Source: a virus (Duplodnaviria; Heunggongvirae; Uroviricota; Caudoviricetes). Taken from it: 64,000 nucleotides of DNA. Shown piece by piece: positions 39,969 to 49,769 of this stretch. The notes below the pieces were generated by a model. It did no database searches, was not told where the DNA came from, and saw only the letters and a list, made by a program, of their open reading frames with translations. Each line of letters opens with the position of its first letter. The stretch's first letter is position 1. The stretch lies in IMG/VR virus record IMGVR_UViG_3300045988_162656. One strand, written 5' to 3'. Position numbers and translations under genes: made by a program.

Positions 39969-41204
39969 TTAACCAAATATTTTTTGAACAACTTCACGTG
40001 CCGCTTGCGCAGAAGCTGAAGGGAGTTTGTTAATGAAAGAACGCTCAATACCTGTCACAAAGTCGCCTCGCATCATTCCAATCTTGGCCGACAACAAAAG
40101 TTCACGAGGGCCAATCGGCTGACTGATCAGGTGTTCTTCGTATCCATCGCGAACGATACCGGCAAACTTAACCATCTTTTCAGCGTATTCATCCACGATG
40201 CCAGCATTTATCAACATGCTGATCTCTGCCTCTTTGCTCATGTATTTCACATTCGAAACGATGCCAAAACGCGAAAAGTTAGCGGCGTTCTGGATGTTTG
40301 TACCCTGGTACAAGCCGGTTTCATCACCAGATCCGTTCGTGTTGCCAGTGCCAATGAAAGCAAACCGTTCATGCGGAGTAATGCGACGCCATTCTGGAGT
40401 CGCCTCTTTGATGACCAACGCTTCACCTTCCAGCACTGGCTGATACACGCCAAGAATCTGTGGAAACGCAAAGTCGTATTCATCCGCGAGGTAAACCCAG
40501 CCATGCTTCATTGCGAGCGCAAGCAAGCCAGGCTCGAAATACGTAGAGCCATCACGCGCCAGAATTTGTCCCGTAACATGAGCCTCTTCCATTGATGCTG
40601 TATGTTGGGCACGGATTAACGGACGATTGAGCAAAGCACATAGTTGTGTAGGCAATGAAGATTTGCCTGTTCCTGCATGACCCCACAAATAGCCTGGTAT
40701 GCCAAGTTCAAGCATCATGAAAATGTCTTTGATCAGTTCGAAGTCGCCATATACGTATCCCTTCTTCACTTCTGGAACGAACTCTGGAAACGGCGTATTG
40801 ACGTTGACGCTAACCATGAGCGGCGTCCCACGTTTTGTTCCGAGTTCTTCCACCGTTACGTTTAGCAGTTCGTGAGCTGCGACCAGATCTGTCTTGTACT
40901 CAACTGTGCCTGTGTAGCCAGGGCTACTGGTCAAGCCAGAAGATTTGGCCATTTCGCTTTTTTGCTCGGCACGTTTAGCTTGAATTGCATCAAGTGCCTT
41001 TTTCGATAGCGTTGGTTCATCTGGAAACTGCGTTGTGTACATTTTCAGTACGGTGTCAGGATCGGCATCTTTTACTGACTCAGGAATGCCCTCGCAATTA
41101 CCATTGGCTACATGGGACTTAAAATAGTGAAATGATTTGCCGCACCACTTGCAAACAAGGTAATCAGAAGGATTTTTTTCATTTTGCAGTGCAGTAGTCG
41201 TCAT
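39969..41204 (-). CDS. CobS/MoxR-like AAA+ ATPase
   Basis: Walker A GHAGTGKSS; size and layout like phage CobS-like proteins. Confidence 0.7.
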   Translation of the reverse strand: MTTTALQNEKNPSDYLVCKWCGKSFHYFKSHVANGNCEGIPESVKDADPDTVLKMYTTQFPDEPTLSKKALDAIQAKRAEQKSEMAKSSGLTSSPGYTGTVEYKTDLVAAHELLNVTVEELGTKRGTPLMVSVNVNTPFPEFVPEVKKGYVYGDFELIKDIFMMLELGIPGYLWGHAGTGKSSLPTQLCALLNRPLIRAQHTASMEEAHVTGQILARDGSTYFEPGLLALAMKHGWVYLADEYDFAFPQILGVYQPVLEGEALVIKEATPEWRRITPHERFAFIGTGNTNGSGDETGLYQGTNIQNAANFSRFGIVSNVKYMSKEAEISMLINAGIVDEYAEKMVKFAGIVRDGYEEHLISQPIGPRELLLSAKIGMMRGDFVTGIERSFINKLPSASAQAAREVVQKIFG

Positions 41205-41299
41205 GCGTTTTTCCTTTGTTCTCTAATGAGCGTTCAACTTCTTATATAAATATACCATTAACTATCGTAAGTGGTTACTTATCATTAAGGCTGTTTTAT

Positions 41300-43408
41300 T
41301 CACTTCAAAATGATACGAGATAGTTCAGTAACTACAGATGAACCAAGACTATCAACGCTCGTTACCAGGGCATGATTTGAGTAAAATCTCTCCGGTGCGT
41401 CAGTCATGATGCCAATTGCCATCAAATCAATGTCAGTCTGCGTTTCAATTTGCTTCGCAACCGAACGCAAATGAGCGTCAAAATCTCTCCCAACAGCCCA
41501 CGGCGCGCCATCGCTCAGAACAAGCATGATCTTCCTGTCCTCCAAGCGACCGGAAAATAACGATGCAAGGCTGGCTATGCTTTCACCATCCACGTTATTA
41601 AGAAGTGGGAATGTGTAGCCTACGCACCCCATACGTGAGCGAACTTCGCGAGAATTTACCTTTTCATTCCAATTTTTGATGATAGGTAGCATTAAAGATT
41701 CAAAGCGAGAGAACTCATACTTGACAGCCTTAAGTTCTCCTGCCGCCATATGACTACCAAATGTAGTGAAGCCGGTGATAATGTTGGGAACATTTATTCG
41801 ATCAAGAGCATCGGCGATGGTATATGCACTTGCAAGAGCCAATTGTATCGTTATACCACTCATTGAACCTGATAAATCAATAACTTGTTGAACACAGGCG
41901 TTAACGGCTTTAGATTCTTCTTTTTTACGAAACACGCGATCATCATTCATTGCTAATCTGTAGATACTAGAACCATGAATGCGCCCCCGACGCTGGCCCG
42001 GTATAAACTGAACTCTGTTTCTGCTTGCTATTGCTCGCTCCAGGTCTTTTGCCAGCGTCGACGAAACACCTGACGAAAGATGCTTTTCAATATATTTGTC
42101 GAAGAGCTGGTTGCCTTCAGGAACGATGCGATAGCGGCTGATTGGATATCCTCCTAAATCAATATCGGAGAATGTTTTAATAAGCCGTTTGATATGGGCT
42201 TCTGCCTGATCAATCGAGCCGATGAAGTCGTATGAGCGATTGTATGGCCTGTATTCGCTTTTCGAGCTTTCTGTTAACTCGCTTTTAATCGTTTCGGATA
42301 GAGCATCTTCTGTCATGCCTCCGACTTCATCTTCTATGCTATCCAGCTCCTCTAAAGCCTCTTCCAGACTTATTTTTGACGGAGTTGGAATATCTGAAGA
42401 GCCGTCTTCTGTCGTTTTTCTTTTTTCGTGGTCAGCGGTTAATGATTCTGACGCCGCGTTATCAGAAGCATCAGAATCTGATACCTCTTTATCATTTTCT
42501 GTATCATCGAATATTGTTTCTGATGATTCAGAATTATCTGAATCATCACTGTCGTTAATATCATGTTTGTGCTTACTGTGTGATTCAGATTTGATAGATT
42601 TGTGGCTATCTAACGCTTCGGGTGTCTCATGATCTCCGTTGTCTTCATTGTTTTCTCCAGAGGCATCCGTCTGGTCAGCGTCTGAAGGATCGGGTGTTTT
42701 TCCCGGAGCTGACTCCTTACCTTTGCTTTCACTTTCAGTGTCTTTGAGGATCTTAGCTATGGTCGCAGCCACCTTTACACAATCCTCGGTGCAGGACATG
42801 TTACGCACGGCCACATCGATACCATGTTCTTTTAATAATGAAATTGGTTTCTCAATGACAGGCCAGTATTCATCCATGAAATCTACGAACGGTGCTTGGC
42901 CATCCCAGGCTCTTACAACCGGACAGAGAAAGAAGTTTAGAAAAAGCGCGCGCTGATCTTTGCCACAATAAGCAATAGCCTCTGAAGCCTTTGGTTTAAA
43001 GACTTTTTCGATTATAAGGCGCTGAGTTGCCATCAGATTACGTCTCGTTCCGTTAAAGACCTGCCCCATTTTTCGCTCGATGAACACGTCTTCTAATGCA
43101 TTCCATAGTGACCGGGAAGGAACGCGTCCTTTTTCTCTCATTTTGTTGGACACACGAATATCGGTAAACAAAATGTGAGCAACCTCATGATCGAGAAATC
43201 CGCGCACAGCATTCATCAATGCCGGTGTTGCGTTATCCGGAATTGATGGGATGTTTACGAGAATTGGCTCTCCATCATCGTTATAGCGTACATAAGCGTC
43301 GTCTCCTCGTTCTGCAACAGGGATGTTTTTACCTGAAAGGAGAGCGACTACTCGTTTTACACTGTCACGGAAGTCCTGAACCTCTTTGATGGAACGTTTT
43401 TTAGACAT
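41300..43408 (-). CDS. von Willebrand factor A domain protein (CobT-like) with acidic Ser/Asp-rich central region
   Basis: MIDAS motif DLSGSMSG in C-terminal region; adjacent to AAA+ ATPase. Confidence 0.65.
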   Translation of the reverse strand: MSKKRSIKEVQDFRDSVKRVVALLSGKNIPVAERGDDAYVRYNDDGEPILVNIPSIPDNATPALMNAVRGFLDHEVAHILFTDIRVSNKMREKGRVPSRSLWNALEDVFIERKMGQVFNGTRRNLMATQRLIIEKVFKPKASEAIAYCGKDQRALFLNFFLCPVVRAWDGQAPFVDFMDEYWPVIEKPISLLKEHGIDVAVRNMSCTEDCVKVAATIAKILKDTESESKGKESAPGKTPDPSDADQTDASGENNEDNGDHETPEALDSHKSIKSESHSKHKHDINDSDDSDNSESSETIFDDTENDKEVSDSDASDNAASESLTADHEKRKTTEDGSSDIPTPSKISLEEALEELDSIEDEVGGMTEDALSETIKSELTESSKSEYRPYNRSYDFIGSIDQAEAHIKRLIKTFSDIDLGGYPISRYRIVPEGNQLFDKYIEKHLSSGVSSTLAKDLERAIASRNRVQFIPGQRRGRIHGSSIYRLAMNDDRVFRKKEESKAVNACVQQVIDLSGSMSGITIQLALASAYTIADALDRINVPNIITGFTTFGSHMAAGELKAVKYEFSRFESLMLPIIKNWNEKVNSREVRSRMGCVGYTFPLLNNVDGESIASLASLFSGRLEDRKIMLVLSDGAPWAVGRDFDAHLRSVAKQIETQTDIDLMAIGIMTDAPERFYSNHALVTSVDSLGSSVVTELSRIILK

Positions 43409-43508
43409 GGCTAATCCTTTGTTATGAAAACAAATTATTTACTAGTGTGTTTAATGTAGCACTGCGCGAACAGGGAACTAAGCCATTCGCGCAGGTAGCA
43501 GAGAGGGG

Positions 43509-43721
43509 TTAACAGGTTCTGACGGCTAAAGAGCCAGAGCCGGTATTGATAAGCGTGAAGCGTTTGTTATTAAGTAGGAATATAAAGGCTGTTGCGTCAT
43601 GCATACCAACCTGAATCTGCTCATTTGGTAATTCGGTGAGAATGTCAGCTACACATTCATCAGCTAATTTTTCAACGTGTCCGATCTCAAGAGTGATTAG
43701 GCTGGAAATAGTTGTTTTCAT
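43509..43721 (-). CDS. hypothetical protein
   Basis: ORF track; weak SD. Confidence 0.35.
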   Translation of the reverse strand: MKTTISSLITLEIGHVEKLADECVADILTELPNEQIQVGMHDATAFIFLLNNKRFTLINTGSGSLAVRTC

Positions 43722-43968
43722 TCAATCAATCCATTCTAACTTAAAGTATGGTAGGGAGTACTATTAAATCTTATATCATAATTGAACTTATCTATATCAT
43801 ATCTGAGTTAGTTTTGTTACATGTTATTAGTCGTTTTTCTCCATTAATGAATGCTGATTGGTTAATATTTGTGCCTGTAGAAAAAATGATTATATCTTTA
43901 CAACCCTAACCTTTGATGTAATATCGGTAAGCACTTACCAGAGAGTTTAACGCGCAAAGGTCGCAATA

Positions 43969-44355
43969 ATGTCTGACAAAAACATTGAATTTATAGAAAG
44001 TCGCTATGCTGCTTTTATCGCAGGGCTGATTGAATCCTCACCTATGAGTCAGGCCCAAATAGCCAGACTTATTGGTTATAAAAATGCCAACAACCTTTCT
44101 TTAATTAAAAGTGGTAAAATTCCTTTGCCTATCGATAAGGTTCGTCCGCTGGCGTTGGCGCTGGGTATTGAGCCAAGTCGTCTTATGATGATGGTGCTGG
44201 AAGAACGCCAACCTGAACTCGCAGCATTTTTATACAAAGAAGGCACCGCTCCTCTTAACGAGGACGAAAAACAGGTTCTTGCTGCATATAACGAGCGATT
44301 CGGTAAAGAGAAAGGCGCATCACAAAAGGTTGTTGAGGCCATAAAGTCTCTATGA
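43969..44355 (+). CDS. helix-turn-helix DNA-binding protein
   Basis: HTH-like segment SQAQIARLIGYKNANNLSLIKSGK; perfect palindrome GGTAAGCACTTACC ~30 bp upstream of the start. Confidence 0.6.
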   Translation: MSDKNIEFIESRYAAFIAGLIESSPMSQAQIARLIGYKNANNLSLIKSGKIPLPIDKVRPLALALGIEPSRLMMMVLEERQPELAAFLYKEGTAPLNEDEKQVLAAYNERFGKEKGASQKVVEAIKSL

Positions 44356-45453
44356 AAAATTTAGACGAATAAGCTCTGTTGATAGACGATCTCCCTTGAA
44401 TTTGTGGTCAATTTCGTCTAAATCCGGTTGCTCTACGATTGATGCGATGTACGTTGAGAAACTTTCTAAGGCGTCTCGCATCTCGTCCATATAATCGTGC
44501 CGGTCGTAGACCCGATCTATCCCCTCAAGACTGTGGTTCATTATTTTGCGTGATACCTCCTGGCTTATACCTAATGCTGGGAAGTAACTACGCGCAGTAC
44601 GACGCAAATCTCGAGGTGTAAATGGCGCAAGCTCCATCAGTTCTGGTCGTTCCAGAATACGACGTAATGCCTGGGCTATTGCCACTTTAGACATAGGAAG
44701 GTCTTTCCCGATTTTTTTATTCGAAGGCACGAGCCACTGGCTGTCTTTACCGTATTCGAACAACTCTTCAATGCATGTGCGCATTAATGTGCTTAAAGGC
44801 AGCGAATGCTCACGTGCTGACTTGTTTCTCTTGCCTTGATTCCAAACTCCACGCTTAAGATTGAACTCACTTTTTTTAGCCCTCAGTACTTCGTCAGGTC
44901 GTCTTGCTGATACAAGACACAGCCTGGCCGCCCATTTTGTACCAGCGCACACATTGAAGTAGTCCCATATATTCCAGAACACCCATACCTCTGCGTCGGT
45001 CAGCTTCCGCTCGCGAGGTGTGGGCTTTGCGCCACCGGCAACTTTGTTTAGTGACATATCGTTTAACGGTGACACGTCTATCATCCCCTGGAAGGCGCAC
45101 CAGCTAAGGAACTGCTTCATCAGAGAGAAAACGCGGCGGCCCATAACAATTTTGCCATCCAATATTAGAGGGTTGACCAGTTGGTTAACCATGAACCTAT
45201 TAATGTCACTTACTTTTACATCAGCAATGTGCGGCAAAACATGTATCAAAATACAATGAACAGCGATCTCTGGCCGACGTCTGGTTATCAGCAGAGATAA
45301 GCGAGTGAATAACATGAATGCGTCCGAGAATATCATGTTATTGTTGATCTGTGAGATCATAATGGCCTGCATTTGAGATGCTCTTTCGAGATACTCAATT
45401 GCCTCTTTTGAGGTGTTTTCTGCTGCGCGTGCTCTGTCAAAGCTATTTTTCAT
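44350..45453 (-). CDS. int: tyrosine recombinase / integrase
   Basis: Catalytic-region motifs ARRPDEVLRAK, FTPRDLRRTARSY, MNHS...IDRVYDRHDY (C-terminal tyrosine). Confidence 0.75.
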   Translation of the reverse strand: MKNSFDRARAAENTSKEAIEYLERASQMQAIMISQINNNMIFSDAFMLFTRLSLLITRRRPEIAVHCILIHVLPHIADVKVSDINRFMVNQLVNPLILDGKIVMGRRVFSLMKQFLSWCAFQGMIDVSPLNDMSLNKVAGGAKPTPRERKLTDAEVWVFWNIWDYFNVCAGTKWAARLCLVSARRPDEVLRAKKSEFNLKRGVWNQGKRNKSAREHSLPLSTLMRTCIEELFEYGKDSQWLVPSNKKIGKDLPMSKVAIAQALRRILERPELMELAPFTPRDLRRTARSYFPALGISQEVSRKIMNHSLEGIDRVYDRHDYMDEMRDALESFSTYIASIVEQPDLDEIDHKFKGDRLSTELIRLNFS

Positions 45454-45549
45454 TTATTGGCATTCACCTAGTTACGCTGATCACCTGTATAAGTAACCAG
45501 TATATTAGGCATTGATTCTTTTGGAATCAAGCTAAAATCTTTCATGCGG

Positions 45550-45586
45550 AAAATGATTCCATACCTAAAGAGTATGGAATCATTTT
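45550..45586. terminator. long hairpin, possible bidirectional terminator after esterase gene
   Basis: 14-bp stem AAAATGATTCCATA/TATGGAATCATTTT with T-run on plus side. Confidence 0.5.
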
Positions 45587-45660
45587 TTTCTGTAGAGCTA
45601 GTTTTAAATATTTGATTCGATATGAAGCCAGGCAATTTCATGCCTGGCTGTTACTTTGTG

Positions 45661-47574
45661 TTAGGTTGGGTTGTTGATGCTAATGGTAAGTGTTTCGATA
45701 GCAAGATCATGAGTTTGGTTGTTTGTTATATCTGTTAAAACAAAAGCCTCATCACCAAGAGCAATATTGTCTTTAACCAGCTTGAATTTACTCCCCGCCT
45801 TGCCATCGAGAACGGGAATTACAGTTCCTGTGCCTTTCTCATATTGCAACTCAAGAGTGTGCCAATTGTTGTCGTAGTCACCATATGAGTCTATCTGAAC
45901 ATTTCGATTATTGCCTGTCCTGTGCATCATAATGTTCAACTTGCCTCCAATTGTTTGAAGGAAGAAGTTAGCCAGAAACAGGCTCCCAGTACCGTCGAAT
46001 GATATATCGTCAGCAACAGGTTTACTGGTTTTGTAATATATACCAAAGCCAAACTTAGCTTTTTTTGGATCAGGGTTTCCAGATAATTTAAACTTACAAA
46101 GTAATTTACCTCCATTCTCAAGAAGAGTCTGTGCTATGTCAGTAGCTTTACTGATCGTCCAAGTTTCGTTGGAAACCGCTTTAGTTAAAGCAATTGCTTT
46201 TCCGTTTTCAACTGACTGAATATTTGCACCAGTTACAGTCCATCCTTGTTCAGTAGCGACATCACCACCAGCTCCAGTTAAGGAAATAACCGTTCGCGGG
46301 GTTGGAGTTGTGACAATGTTGTCATTTTTAGGTTGAGTAGGTTGTTCTTGTTTAATAATCTCACCTGTAACGCCATTCACAAAAGCAGATGATTTCGCTG
46401 AATGTGCAAGCAGCGCAGTTGCGAGACGATCAGATATTATTCCGCGTCGCTGCCATGAACCAAAATGACTCTCTCTACTCTCGGAAGTCCATGTTTTATT
46501 ATCCTTGCGATGACCGGAACCATAATAGCCAATAGATGTGATGTCTGGATCATCTGTAGGGCTATTGGTTAATACGTTATTATCATTCTCATCTTTCATG
46601 AATGGAACGAAATAAATTGCTTGTGAGGTTTTTCCCTTATAACCACCATAAACAATTTCGTACTGTTTTGGATATTTGTTTTTCCACCAGTGGGTCGTAT
46701 CGCCACAAATCCAGGGTACATTTGCAGCACTTCCGAAAACACATTGTGCGTCGTATTGAGATAGCTCTTTTCTGAAACCTTCGACCATCTTGAGGAACAG
46801 TTCGTTATGCTGCGAGTACTTGCCAGTTGCCAAATCAGCTTCGCCTTGCATCCAGACAACACCAAGAAATACATTCTTTTTGTTTTTACTTAAGGCCGCT
46901 TTTGTTCTGGCTACAATATCCTTATACAAAGGAGTATTTAATCCCCATTTTAAAGATGATTCGATTGCACCTGACTCTTCATAATATTGGCCTTCAGAGC
47001 CTGTAACAGTGAAACCAGAACCACCTCTTCCGCAAGGAACGAGCAAAATACCTGCGTTTGCTGGAATGAATGGTAATAGTTTTTTGCCAATGTGTAGTCC
47101 CTGACCAACACATCCATATTCAGAGTCGTTTGCTTTTGGATGCTTGAATTTAGTCATGTCTTGTACATCATGAAGACAGTGATCAGCGGGAATTATTTCA
47201 TTGTACTTACAGGCAAAACCACCAGGTTTAATATTGCTGCGTCGAGCTAACTGTTTTACGCGAGGATGTGGCCGATCAAAAGTTTTTGGCATAGGCAGTC
47301 CTTCGCCGTATGACATTGAGTTGGATTGACCTGCGATAGTAACTACATAATAATAGTCAGGCTCTTCATCTTCATTTGATACCGGTGTGGGCAATTGTGA
47401 TAAATCACCAGATCGCACAATTGCTTGATTGTACGCATTTGGTCCGCCCTTACTTGGTTCAACAATGTTTGGTGACTCGAAAGGTTGCCAACCCTCTGCG
47501 ATTTTCTTCGCAAGTTTTTCTCTAAGCTCTTTGCTTGATGATGCTGACAAAATATCATAGTCAATGAATGACAT
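45661..47574 (-). CDS. SGNH-type carbohydrate esterase (sialate O-acetylesterase-like) with C-terminal beta-rich domain
   Basis: Motif YYVVTIAGQSNSMSYG resembles the GQSN block of SGNH/O-acetylesterases; SD AAAGGAG. Confidence 0.6.
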   Translation of the reverse strand: MSFIDYDILSASSSKELREKLAKKIAEGWQPFESPNIVEPSKGGPNAYNQAIVRSGDLSQLPTPVSNEDEEPDYYYVVTIAGQSNSMSYGEGLPMPKTFDRPHPRVKQLARRSNIKPGGFACKYNEIIPADHCLHDVQDMTKFKHPKANDSEYGCVGQGLHIGKKLLPFIPANAGILLVPCGRGGSGFTVTGSEGQYYEESGAIESSLKWGLNTPLYKDIVARTKAALSKNKKNVFLGVVWMQGEADLATGKYSQHNELFLKMVEGFRKELSQYDAQCVFGSAANVPWICGDTTHWWKNKYPKQYEIVYGGYKGKTSQAIYFVPFMKDENDNNVLTNSPTDDPDITSIGYYGSGHRKDNKTWTSESRESHFGSWQRRGIISDRLATALLAHSAKSSAFVNGVTGEIIKQEQPTQPKNDNIVTTPTPRTVISLTGAGGDVATEQGWTVTGANIQSVENGKAIALTKAVSNETWTISKATDIAQTLLENGGKLLCKFKLSGNPDPKKAKFGFGIYYKTSKPVADDISFDGTGSLFLANFFLQTIGGKLNIMMHRTGNNRNVQIDSYGDYDNNWHTLELQYEKGTGTVIPVLDGKAGSKFKLVKDNIALGDEAFVLTDITNNQTHDLAIETLTISINNPT

Positions 47575-47799
47575 AATCGTTACTCCTTTAACGATAAACT
47601 TTAGCTAAAATCGATACGATTTTAGCAGTTAAAAAACGACAATAAAATATAAGAGTAATGTATGAAAGAACAATAAAAATTGCGTAAATGGATATGTGTA
47701 AAATATGTGGAATTTCACACACAGCGTTGAGCGGTCTGGTTTATGTTAGCGGAGTCTTAATCGAGTTGATTAAAAGGCCAAACCGCTCAACGCTGTGTC

Positions 47800-47886
47800 T
47801 GGCGGAGAGTAATGGAATCGAACCATCATCGCTTGCGCAATGGGACGGTTTTCAAGACCGCTTGAGCACCATGCTCCCTACTCTCC
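47800..47886 (-). tRNA. tRNA-Ser (anticodon UGA), type II
   Basis: Hand-folded: acceptor GGAGAGT/ACTCTCC, anticodon arm GCGGT-CTTGAAA-ACCGT, long variable arm, T-loop TTCGATT, encoded CCA; D-arm atypical. Confidence 0.7.
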
Positions 47887-48110
47887 GGCCGTTGTGGTGG
47901 CCGGTACTGAATCTCCGGCATACGGTGCAGCCAATTAGGACTACGGACGATCACCGCTCGCGAAAGGGAAGATTTGCGGCCGCATTTCCCTAACATCCAA
48001 GAAAGCTATCGCATTAGTCTGCGAATCCACCACAACGGTAAGATCACTACCTTTCGACCAGTCATTGTGCACATGAACGACGATTAACCGTAATGATCTT
48101 ATCGTTGTAT

Positions 48111-48186
48111 TGGTGCCGGTTAGCGGACTCGAACCGCTGACATCCTGCTTACAAGGCAGGCGCTCTACCAACTGAGCTAAACCGGC
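48111..48186 (-). tRNA. tRNA-Thr (anticodon UGU)
   Basis: Hand-folded cloverleaf: acceptor GCCGGTT/AACCGGC, D-arm GCTC-AGTTGGTA-GAGC, anticodon loop CTTGTAA, T-loop TTCGAGT, CCA. Confidence 0.85.
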
Positions 48187-48190
48187 AATT

Positions 48191-48277
48191 TGGTGGGGAG
48201 TGATGGAGTCGAACCACCCGAGTTGCAATGACAGTAGATTTACAGTCTACCCAGCTGCCCCTACGGACTAACTCCCC
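48191..48277 (-). tRNA. tRNA-Tyr (anticodon GUA), type II
   Basis: Acceptor GGGGAGT/ACTCCCC, anticodon arm GTAGA-CTGTAAA-TCTAC, long variable arm, T-loop TTCGACT, CCA. Confidence 0.8.
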
Positions 48278-48282
48278 TAAAT

Positions 48283-48357
48283 TGGCGATGGTGGGTGGAT
48301 TCGAACCACCGACCAGTTGGTTAACAGCCAACTGCTCTACCGCTGAGCTACACCATC
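48283..48357 (-). tRNA. tRNA-Asn (anticodon GUU)
   Basis: Acceptor GATGGTG/CACCATC, D-arm GCTC-AGCGGTA-GAGC, anticodon arm GTTGG-CTGTTAA-CCAAC, T-loop TTCGAAT, CCA. Confidence 0.85.
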
Positions 48358-49117
48358 AATTCAGCACTGCCAGTATTTATTACTCAACAGTGCCAATCGC
48401 GGCGGTGTTAGTTTCTGCCAGGAAACGCACCGCTACTTGCACTTTTTCGTTAGTGTCAGACGCTTTCGACTTCTCTCAATAGAAGGCAAAATCTTTAAGT
48501 AGATGATGTTTCTGAGGACAGCACCTACTTTGTAATTTATACAATGTGATGTATGGAATCATTTGTTGTGGAAAAGTGGTTAAACCTACACAACAATCCT
48601 GTCTTCACAACGTTGAGGCCACTACTCCGATTGAATGTTTGCCCAACATGTTACATATCAACGCTCGCCGGTATCTCTGTGAATAGAACCTTAGAATTGA
48701 TAAAAATGTAATGGCCTCAACGTTGTGTGCTGGCTAACCATACCAGCCGGGCTACGTCGCCGCTTTTTAACCCAGTATAAACGACATAATTGAACAAAAT
48801 GACGTAACAGAATGGGCGGTCAGTGGCTAAGAATCCGGGAGTCATATGGAGTTGAAAATATACCGACCGCCCATTCTGTTACTTCATCGGAGGGAACATG
48901 AGTGTTCCCTCCTGCGTTCTGCAATCACACTCGCTCAGTGTGTCCCATTTCGGTAACGAGGCTGGAAACTGACCTCGCTGGTGTTTGGCTTATTAGGCTA
49001 CTGCCAGATAGACTTCTTCGTTTGCACTTGTATTTAAGTTCAAACAGTCGCATCTCAACGAAAACAAAGTCATCTTATACACAAAGGATAAGTAAGTAAA
49101 TACTTATCGATATGTTT

Positions 49118-49408
49118 TTATTCGGTTGTGACTTTTTTGATCAAGGCCACTCTACGACTAGGTGTTCTTGTGATGGTGGCAGTGAATCGTTTCGCTTGGA
49201 TAGTAATGGTTTCGTTCTCCTTAAGTTGCCCGTAGCGAGTTTCCACCAGGGTGCCAAGACGCCACAGACCATCATCGATACGTTTATGACTAGCAAATTT
49301 AATCAGCAACAGTTTTACGACTAACTGACCTACGTAAAAGGCGAATGCGACTCCGACCGCTAAGAAATAGGTGGCCAACCACCAGTCCCAAGAAGTTAAA
49401 TTGCTCAT
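49118..49408 (-). CDS. membrane protein
   Basis: N-terminal hydrophobic helix WWLATYFLAVGVAFAFYV; SD AAAGG. Confidence 0.5.
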   Translation of the reverse strand: MSNLTSWDWWLATYFLAVGVAFAFYVGQLVVKLLLIKFASHKRIDDGLWRLGTLVETRYGQLKENETITIQAKRFTATITRTPSRRVALIKKVTTE

Positions 49409-49553
49409 TTTCTAACCTTTGTTTCATGAACTACCCGATACACACGCTTTCCGATGCACAGTGTTTTGGTTTTAAGTTCCTGCTTAATTAAATCACGACA
49501 GATGCCGAAGCCGATAAGGAAGCCACCAATAAAAGCTAATGAGATGTATGGAA
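49405..49553 (-). CDS. small membrane protein (~49 aa)
   Basis: Hand-translated MIPYISLAFIGGFLIGFGIC...; SD AGGAG 8 nt upstream; stop overlaps next start; not in ORF track. Confidence 0.35.
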
Positions 49554-49769
49554 TCATTTTAACACTCCTGATTCTACTAATTGCTGTAGCAATACTTTCC
49601 CTTTATCAGTTAACTGGTAGTTGGCTGAGCACCACGTTTCCGAAATGTTTGCAACCAACCCTAAACGCTCTAAATTAGCTCGCGTTTTAGGCTTCCAGTA
49701 CTGAGGGAACTCCGGCCACTTACTTATTTCATGAAGCGTTTCTTTCTCCCGTTTACTTAATACGATCAT
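49554..49769 (-). CDS. hypothetical protein
   Basis: ORF track; start overlaps ligase stop. Confidence 0.45.
   Translation of the reverse strand: MIVLSKREKETLHEISKWPEFPQYWKPKTRANLERLGLVANISETWCSANYQLTDKGKVLLQQLVESGVLK

Noticed and set aside
44350-45453. Integrase taken as proof that the whole window is an integrated prophage in a chromosome
   Set aside because: No host genes are visible anywhere in the window and a plasmid replicon plus partition system is present; integrase function (island integration versus dimer resolution) is left open
47887-48110. Possible fifth tRNA between tRNA-Ser and tRNA-Thr
   Set aside because: A 3'-end-like CCGGCCACCA and T-loop-like pieces are present but I could not build a full cloverleaf by hand; needs tRNAscan-SE
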